From a virus: a stretch of 64,000 bases of DNA. Numbering within the stretch: position 1 is the first letter of the stretch; each line of letters opens with the position of its first letter. The notes under the pieces are model-generated. The model saw only the letters and a list, made by a program, of their open reading frames with translations. It did not search any database and had not been told where the DNA came from. The stretch is taken from positions 26,478-90,477 of the IMG/VR virus record IMGVR_UViG_3300030116_004360. One strand, written 5' to 3'. Of this stretch, positions 57,772 through 64,000 are shown piece by piece. A program made the position numbers and the translations under genes.

Positions 57772-58076
57772 GTTGGCAAAATCTAATTAAGCAATCAGGG
57801 CCACAAACATTTACTTTTGAAACAGAGGTTGAATATACTAATTTACAAACAAGATTGGAGTCAGGTGAAGTAACAGTAAAATGGGAATTTTCATTTGAAC
57901 AAAGCACAGAAGATATGGATAATATACAAATTGAGGTTATTGATATTATTGACGCAAATCTTTCTAATGACGAAATTAAGATGATTAATAATGATGGACT
58001 CTCAATTGCAGGGAAGGTAAAACCAAAAAATTTAATAAAATATGCTGATGGTGATATACGATTAGAATGGAGGTAA
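57768..58076 (+). CDS. SW..LIK-motif protein
   Basis: MSWQNLIK. Confidence 0.7.
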   Translation: MSWQNLIKQSGPQTFTFETEVEYTNLQTRLESGEVTVKWEFSFEQSTEDMDNIQIEVIDIIDANLSNDEIKMINNDGLSIAGKVKPKNLIKYADGDIRLEWR

Positions 58077-58081
58077 TCAGA

Positions 58082-58486
58082 ATGAGTTGGGAAGATATAT
58101 TGAAAAATATAGAAATTAACAGAAAAGAATTCTGTTGTGAAGAGGCTAGAGTAAAAATAATGGAATATTTTGAAAAGTATGCTGAATTAGCAGGTAAACG
58201 TGGTAATAAGGATTTAAAAGAATCATTAATATCTACCGCAACTATTTTATCAGAAGAATCTTGTGATGAACTAAGAGAAAGTGTTAGGAATTTTCAAGGA
58301 ATGTGGGACTTAGATAAATCAGATTTATTTGATGCAGATGAACTTCGTGATATAATGGATGATTGGGCAAGATGTGAAAATGAGCCTAAAGAAATAGGTC
58401 AAAGACGTAAAGACCCAAAATATGATGTTAATCAAGTTTTTGCAGAAAATCCGGCTGGTTGGATGGATGAATTCATAAGGAGATGA
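58082..58486 (+). CDS. SW..ILK-motif protein
   Basis: MSWEDILK after GGAGGT. Confidence 0.7.
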   Translation: MSWEDILKNIEINRKEFCCEEARVKIMEYFEKYAELAGKRGNKDLKESLISTATILSEESCDELRESVRNFQGMWDLDKSDLFDADELRDIMDDWARCENEPKEIGQRRKDPKYDVNQVFAENPAGWMDEFIRR

Positions 58487-58490
58487 GAAA

Positions 58491-58781
58491 ATTAGTTGGG
58501 AATATACTCTAAAAGCCTTTGAAAGGGACCAATATAGAGAAATGGCTTCCCTAATGAGTTTAGCAGGTAAAGAGTTTAACTTGAGTGAATATAGAGATAT
58601 GAAACTTAATCCTGATTCAACACCAAAAGAAAATTTAGAACTAATGGATATGTTTATTAAAGATTTAAGGAACGCAAGGACAGAAAATCGTAAAACAGAA
58701 AAAATTTCAGATGAAACATTTGTTTTATTCATAGATAAAGCCAAAAGTTTGCGTGGTAAGTTTGCTAAGAGGATGAGTTAA
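58491..58781 (+). CDS. SW..TLK-motif protein with apparent ATT start
   Basis: ATT-AGT-TGG-GAA-TAT-ACT-CTA-AAA is in frame with ORF 58542..58781. Confidence 0.55.
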   Translation: MSWEYTLKAFERDQYREMASLMSLAGKEFNLSEYRDMKLNPDSTPKENLELMDMFIKDLRNARTENRKTEKISDETFVLFIDKAKSLRGKFAKRMS

Positions 58782-58783
58782 TC

Positions 58784-61117
58784 ATGTGGCAATTAATTCT
58801 TAAGGCTAATAAGTCCGGTTTTAAATCTAAGGACGAATTTAGTTTTACTCCTAGTGATAATAGGGGAGAAGCAAGGCAAGTAATTGGTGGATTACTTGAA
58901 ATGGACACTCAAGCACTTAAATTAACTATTGATGCAATTAAAGCAACAAAAATTAGTGGCATACCAGAAGCAATAAGATTATTTGAACAATATGAATTAG
59001 AGAAAGAAGAGTTTCTTGAAGATAAATTTCTATTAGTTTATGATAGGGATGAAGAAAGAACTAAAAATAATATGGATTTATTAGTAAAAGATTTATTGCC
59101 AGAATTATACAAAAGTGTTTCCCAAAGACAAAGACAAAGAGCAAAAGGTAAAGATTTCTACATCAAAAGAAATACCTTTGACCAACGCATAAAACAATTA
59201 GAAACAGGTTTAGAATCTAATGAAGATGTTTCAGGGTTAATCAACCAATTAAAAAACTTCTTAGAAACTGACTTAAGTTATGCTACCAAAAGATTAAACG
59301 CTACACAAAAAGAAAAACTTCTTGGATTATTTTTCAATAATATGCCAAAGGAGATTACCCCCACTCATATTGTTAAAGTAGATTCTGAATTTGTTAAAGT
59401 ATTTAAAAAGGTATTTAAAGATTGGAAATTTAAAAATGGTCAATTTATGAAAACTACTCTTGAAGATATTAAAATGGATGAATTGATTGTTTTAGTAAAA
59501 GCAGAGATGGGTGAAACAAAATTAGGAACTAAAGTAGATTATACTATTGATTATCCACCTATTGCAGAAATGTTAGGTAAAGCAGACAAAAAACAAATGG
59601 AAACTATTACTGCTGAAAAAGAAAAACTTAGAGCAGTAAATGTAGATATACCTGAAGTAAGAGTTTATTTGAATCAATTTTTATCTACTCCGGGTGTTGC
59701 ACAATTTAAATATAAGAAATTATTAATTCCTTCCAATATAAAAGGACAAAAAACTAATCTATCTAAACTGTTGGATAAGAGTCAACGAGGAAGAACAGTT
59801 TCATTAAATCAATATATTAATTTAATTTTAGATGAGAGTTTTGATGACGTTGGGATGAAAAATTTCTTTGATAGGTTTATTAGCCGACTTGATGCAAGTA
59901 AAGGAATATCTGATAAAAGGGCGCGTAATGAATTTATTAATGTTGCACTAAATATAGTAAGAGAAGGTGTGGACCCAACTAGATTAGAAGAAGGGATATT
60001 AGAGCAAACTACTCCAGAATCACTAAAAGAAATAAGAGAGGTCGTTGAAACTATTGATGGGATTAATGATGTAACAAGTGATACTGCTAGAAAAAAGAAA
60101 ATAGTTTCTGCTTTAAGAGAAAATGAAACTGTTAAGAGTGCTTTTAGAAATTATAAAAATACTTTGATTGGCGCAGCAGAATTAGTTACTAGAAAATGCA
60201 CAGAACCTATGAAAGATTTTATTGAGTTTTTATTTGGTGAATATTTTATTGGAGATGATAGTGAATATGCTCCTTTGGAAAAAATGGAAAAAAATGAATT
60301 TATTGCAGATTTCCTTGATTCAATTATAGATTTAAATGAGGATGCTGAAACCGCATCAGAAGCGTTTGATAGTATAGATTGGAATAAAAAGGAGCAAGGA
60401 GAAAAGGTTACATATACTATTGGTGATTCATCATTAAATTCACAATTAAACAGTTTTATAGATATTATATATGAAAAATATTTAACTAATTATACAAAAT
60501 TTAAAGGAAACAAATACCCTAATTATGATTATGAAACTACACCTGCTGCTAGAAAAACTGCACAATTGGATTCTAAGTTAGATGAGGCAACTTCAGATTT
60601 AGCAATTTCTGAATTTAATAGTTTAGATAACTTACAAAAGAGAATAGCAAATACAATATTTGATTTAATATCTAAGAAAAAAACCCTTGAAGATTATTTT
60701 GGAACAACAATAAGAGTTAATGGTAGCACCCCAGAATTTTTAGATATTATAAAAGTATTATATTTAGTTTCAATAGATGTTGCTCCAAGAAATATATCAA
60801 GTAATTTTAATAAGTTAATTAAAGATATATCTGTTAAAATGAAAGAAGCACATGATGACGAAAATTTCTTTTCAAATCGAAATGAACTACCAATGAAAAG
60901 AGAAATTCAACAAATGTCTAGATTAGTTAAACAAGCAGTTCCAGCAATTAAAGAAGGATTAAAAGAATCTATTCAAAACATACTAGATAATATCGTAGAA
61001 AATCCAAACAAATACCTTGGTTTAACAACTACAAGAAGAGTAGGTAATAAGAAAACTAAAGTAGAAATGTTGGTAATAGATAGATTGAAAAATTTGGGGT
61101 TGATACAAGATGAGTAA
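58784..61117 (+). CDS. large helical protein (777 aa), putative internal virion protein
   Basis: MWQLILK N-terminus; no recognisable catalytic motif. Confidence 0.7.
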   Translation: MWQLILKANKSGFKSKDEFSFTPSDNRGEARQVIGGLLEMDTQALKLTIDAIKATKISGIPEAIRLFEQYELEKEEFLEDKFLLVYDRDEERTKNNMDLLVKDLLPELYKSVSQRQRQRAKGKDFYIKRNTFDQRIKQLETGLESNEDVSGLINQLKNFLETDLSYATKRLNATQKEKLLGLFFNNMPKEITPTHIVKVDSEFVKVFKKVFKDWKFKNGQFMKTTLEDIKMDELIVLVKAEMGETKLGTKVDYTIDYPPIAEMLGKADKKQMETITAEKEKLRAVNVDIPEVRVYLNQFLSTPGVAQFKYKKLLIPSNIKGQKTNLSKLLDKSQRGRTVSLNQYINLILDESFDDVGMKNFFDRFISRLDASKGISDKRARNEFINVALNIVREGVDPTRLEEGILEQTTPESLKEIREVVETIDGINDVTSDTARKKKIVSALRENETVKSAFRNYKNTLIGAAELVTRKCTEPMKDFIEFLFGEYFIGDDSEYAPLEKMEKNEFIADFLDSIIDLNEDAETASEAFDSIDWNKKEQGEKVTYTIGDSSLNSQLNSFIDIIYEKYLTNYTKFKGNKYPNYDYETTPAARKTAQLDSKLDEATSDLAISEFNSLDNLQKRIANTIFDLISKKKTLEDYFGTTIRVNGSTPEFLDIIKVLYLVSIDVAPRNISSNFNKLIKDISVKMKEAHDDENFFSNRNELPMKREIQQMSRLVKQAVPAIKEGLKESIQNILDNIVENPNKYLGLTTTRRVGNKKTKVEMLVIDRLKNLGLIQDE

Positions 61118-63794
61118 ACCAAAAAAACTTAAAGAAGAAGACAAACTTTTGGATGAATATAGGGGTGCTTCACCTGATAGGAAAAACGAAATTAAAAGTA
61201 TATTTTCTAGGCATTATAGGGCGCAAGGAATTAGAGGAGCGAAGTTTAGAGAAAAATGGGATGAATTAACAGGTAAAGAAGAAGACCCTACCAAAGTAGA
61301 AACTAGAAAACAATTAAGAAGGGCATTAACAAAACTTACGAATAATCAAAAGAAAATAACAGTAGAAGATTTAAGATTAAAAAACATGAGTCAAGATACA
61401 TTAGGTTTTGAAACACGATTTAGTAAAGAAATGAGAGTAAGTGCTGAAGAAAGAACTAGATTATTGAAAGAACTTAGTGCTATTTTAGGGCAATATAGAG
61501 CAATTTTTGAAAATGAACTTACTGCAAATATGGCAAAAAATATGACTGAAATACTCAAATTTATTAAAAAATATACTGAAAGAAGAAAAATGGCGGGACA
61601 AAAATTAAAACCCGTAAAGCGTAGAAAGTTTAGTATTGATGATATTTTCAATAAGAAAGACATTAAGGTTGCTGAAAATAGAAAGGAAATCTATCAGTTT
61701 TGGGCAGGTGTAGAAGAAGATTACGAAAAGTTTTCTGAAGCATTAAATACTTTTATGGAAGAACTTGCTCCTGTTGTTGCTTTAACTGATGATGATGAAT
61801 TATTAGAGAACTATAATAGGCTAAAAAATATTGTAGATTCTCAACGTGGAGAAGAACAAAAAATTGGTGGTGGTTTTCAATATGTTTTCCCAGTTTCACC
61901 TACTAAAATTATTCTTAAATCAAATGATGTTATTGCATTTAAATTACTTCAAGAATATGGTAGAGCGCGTGGATTAATTGAAAGTGTAGATGTTGGAACT
62001 GTTGGTGTTGAAGAACAAGAAAAGGTTGTTGAAGAATTACCAGAAATAGATGAAACAGAAGTAGAAGCAAGAGGTTTTTCCGGTGAACAACGTCAATTAG
62101 GGCTAGATAGGAAAAGAGGTGATGAAAGTCCTGATTATTCAGCAACTAGAGGAGAAATAGCAGAAATGGGTGCAACAGGTCAAGCATCAGTATCATCAGG
62201 ATATGGAGATGGACAAGCAGAAGAACAATTGGCTTTTGGAACAAGTAGCGGAGAAGTCGCAGAAATGGATTATTCTAAATTTTTAACTGAAAGTCAATTA
62301 AAAGAAATGGAAGATGATGAATTAGTAGAAATTATTGATGATTTACTTAGTAGAGAAACATTAGTAGACCCATTACTTAATTTAGCAATTTCTCAGAATG
62401 AAACCTTTGAAGCAGTAACAAAGGAGGATATAGGAGAAGTAAAGGAGATTATTTTAAATTATCAATTTGCTGATTTAGATGATAGTCAAATTGAAGAATA
62501 TCAAGAATGGGTTGAATCTTTACAGGAAACTATTGATGAGTTAGATGATACGAAAAAATTTATGCTCCCATTAACTGATGAATTTGCTACTAGAAAAAAG
62601 GTTATTGATGAATCTGGAATACCCGTAGAAAATAAATTATTGGCACAGTGGGATAGAACTTCAAAAAATGTTGGTGAGTTCTTAGATGCTTTAACAGATG
62701 TTTTGTTTGAAACTAGAGGTGCATTAGGTGGCTATGGAGTAAAATCAGATTTAGTTAATCCTAAGTTTATTAGTTTACCTGATTCAAAATCAAAAACTTT
62801 AGATGCAAAATTATTAGCAGATACGGTTTATCCAACATTTTCTTTTAGTAGTATTGAAGGTGCAACAAGAGATAAAGTATTAAGTGAAAATGATAGAAAA
62901 GAAATGGTTGATGCATATAATGATTTACTTAAAGCAATTGATGAGTATTACCTTGCTCCAATTGAAAGTAATAATTTCTGGAGTAGTTCTAAGCCTAAAT
63001 GGTCTTCTGATAGAGGTTCAGTAAAAAATGCAATTGATAATTTAAAAACCTTATCTAAAGAACAAGAATTAAGTTTGCCTAAAAAACAACTTATGCGATT
63101 TTCAACAGGTAATTTAACACAGGGAACTTTTAGAAGTATAAATTCATTTTTAAAAGAGTTAGTTGGTCGTGCGCCAGTATTAAATTCAGCACTAATGCAA
63201 AAAGCAAATGCGGCTGCTGATGGTTTAACAGATATTGGTGGCCCTGAAAGTGAAAAGAAGAATGAAGAGTATATAGGAATGCTTTTGTTTTTAGTTGTAG
63301 ATGGAGACATTGAAAAGATTAGAGATACAAAAATATTTGATAGAACTTTAGAAGAGCATTATGAAAACTACAAAGATTCTTCAAATAGAGGATATACAAT
63401 GATGCAACTTCCAGAATTTGTTGTTGAAAATAAAGGAATTTTATCTCAAGATGAAGATATTAGAGATGGTTTAAATGAACTTATCAAAACAATTCAATCA
63501 TTAGATGAAGTAAAAATTTCTAGACAAATAGAAAAATCTATCAATGATAAACTATTAGATGCTCACGATACAATTAGAAAAATGAAAGGTTTGCCAGTAT
63601 ATTACAGTCATTTAGATATAAATGGTGCTAATTCTGTAAATAATATGATTGATAAGTTATTAGACAGAGGAATTAGTATTACTGCTATGGATATTCAAAA
63701 GGCGGTATCTGATATAGATTCAATCAAAAACATCAGTGAAAAATTAGGATTAAGCGAAGAAGTAGTATATGAAATCAAAGGTAACTTTAGGTGA
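61110..63794 (+). CDS. large acidic/helical protein (894 aa), putative internal virion protein
   Basis: Long ORF with a basic N-terminus and acidic middle; function unassigned. Confidence 0.7.
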   Translation: MSKPKKLKEEDKLLDEYRGASPDRKNEIKSIFSRHYRAQGIRGAKFREKWDELTGKEEDPTKVETRKQLRRALTKLTNNQKKITVEDLRLKNMSQDTLGFETRFSKEMRVSAEERTRLLKELSAILGQYRAIFENELTANMAKNMTEILKFIKKYTERRKMAGQKLKPVKRRKFSIDDIFNKKDIKVAENRKEIYQFWAGVEEDYEKFSEALNTFMEELAPVVALTDDDELLENYNRLKNIVDSQRGEEQKIGGGFQYVFPVSPTKIILKSNDVIAFKLLQEYGRARGLIESVDVGTVGVEEQEKVVEELPEIDETEVEARGFSGEQRQLGLDRKRGDESPDYSATRGEIAEMGATGQASVSSGYGDGQAEEQLAFGTSSGEVAEMDYSKFLTESQLKEMEDDELVEIIDDLLSRETLVDPLLNLAISQNETFEAVTKEDIGEVKEIILNYQFADLDDSQIEEYQEWVESLQETIDELDDTKKFMLPLTDEFATRKKVIDESGIPVENKLLAQWDRTSKNVGEFLDALTDVLFETRGALGGYGVKSDLVNPKFISLPDSKSKTLDAKLLADTVYPTFSFSSIEGATRDKVLSENDRKEMVDAYNDLLKAIDEYYLAPIESNNFWSSSKPKWSSDRGSVKNAIDNLKTLSKEQELSLPKKQLMRFSTGNLTQGTFRSINSFLKELVGRAPVLNSALMQKANAAADGLTDIGGPESEKKNEEYIGMLLFLVVDGDIEKIRDTKIFDRTLEEHYENYKDSSNRGYTMMQLPEFVVENKGILSQDEDIRDGLNELIKTIQSLDEVKISRQIEKSINDKLLDAHDTIRKMKGLPVYYSHLDINGANSVNNMIDKLLDRGISITAMDIQKAVSDIDSIKNISEKLGLSEEVVYEIKGNFR

Positions 63795-63798
63795 TAAA

Positions 63799-64000
63799 AT
63801 GAAAGAACTTCCTCCAAAATTTATTCCTTCACCTATTAAACGGATTACATCAGACCAATTACAAGACCTTTATGATAAAATTGATTCAATAGCAGACGAA
63901 TTTAGAGCATTATTACGTCAAGCAGATTATAGAAAAGAAAGTGAAGTTTCAGATTTATTTCCATTGTTAGCAGATTTAAAGGCAGAAGTTCGTAGATTAA
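63799..64000 (+). CDS. hypothetical protein (partial, runs off the window)
   Basis: GGTGA RBS then ATG; open to the window end. Confidence 0.6.
   Translation, partial: MKELPPKFIPSPIKRITSDQLQDLYDKIDSIADEFRALLRQADYRKESEVSDLFPLLADLKAEVRRL

Noticed and set aside
2110-63310. Many antisense or alternate-frame ORFs in the track (e.g. 8228-8623, 10523-10921, 31244-31591, 40110-40556, 48410-48772, 55560-55880, 62948-63310)
   Set aside because: They lie within longer, better-supported genes, lack RBS context and have shadow-ORF composition.

Overview
This AT-rich 64 kb window is part of a tailed archaeal dsDNA virus genome. Gene content and GGTGA ribosome-binding sites best fit a magrovirus-type virus of Marine Group II/Poseidoniales (inferred, no database search). 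It has four blocks. (1) 1-11.4 kb (+): tail genes. (2) 11.7-45.3 kb (-): replication and metabolism, with a DEDD exonuclease, MCM-like helicase, ERCC4 nuclease, fused primase, Cas4-like nuclease, split PolB, PCNA, AAA ATPase, SSB/RPA, RFC, ATP-dependent ligase, two histone-fold proteins, GroEL/GroES, TFB, class II RNR and two tRNAs. (3) 45.3-53.9 kb: a strand-switch region of short, self-contained gene cassettes in both orientations, separated by about 17 full or partial copies of a CAAAG-N-CCATATGG-N-CTTTG palindrome. (4) 54-64 kb (+): probable virion/internal proteins, 11 of which share an N-terminal W-x-x-[ILT]-[LI]-K motif. The strongest candidates for novel systems are: a virus-encoded ubiquitin-like conjugation set (Ubl ending GG-CN, ThiF/E1, putative E2, JAB protease); the palindrome-delimited cassette array; a triple array of a covarying structured ncRNA next to tRNA-Leu; and two paralogous genes each enclosed by a 5'UTR-3'UTR stem.
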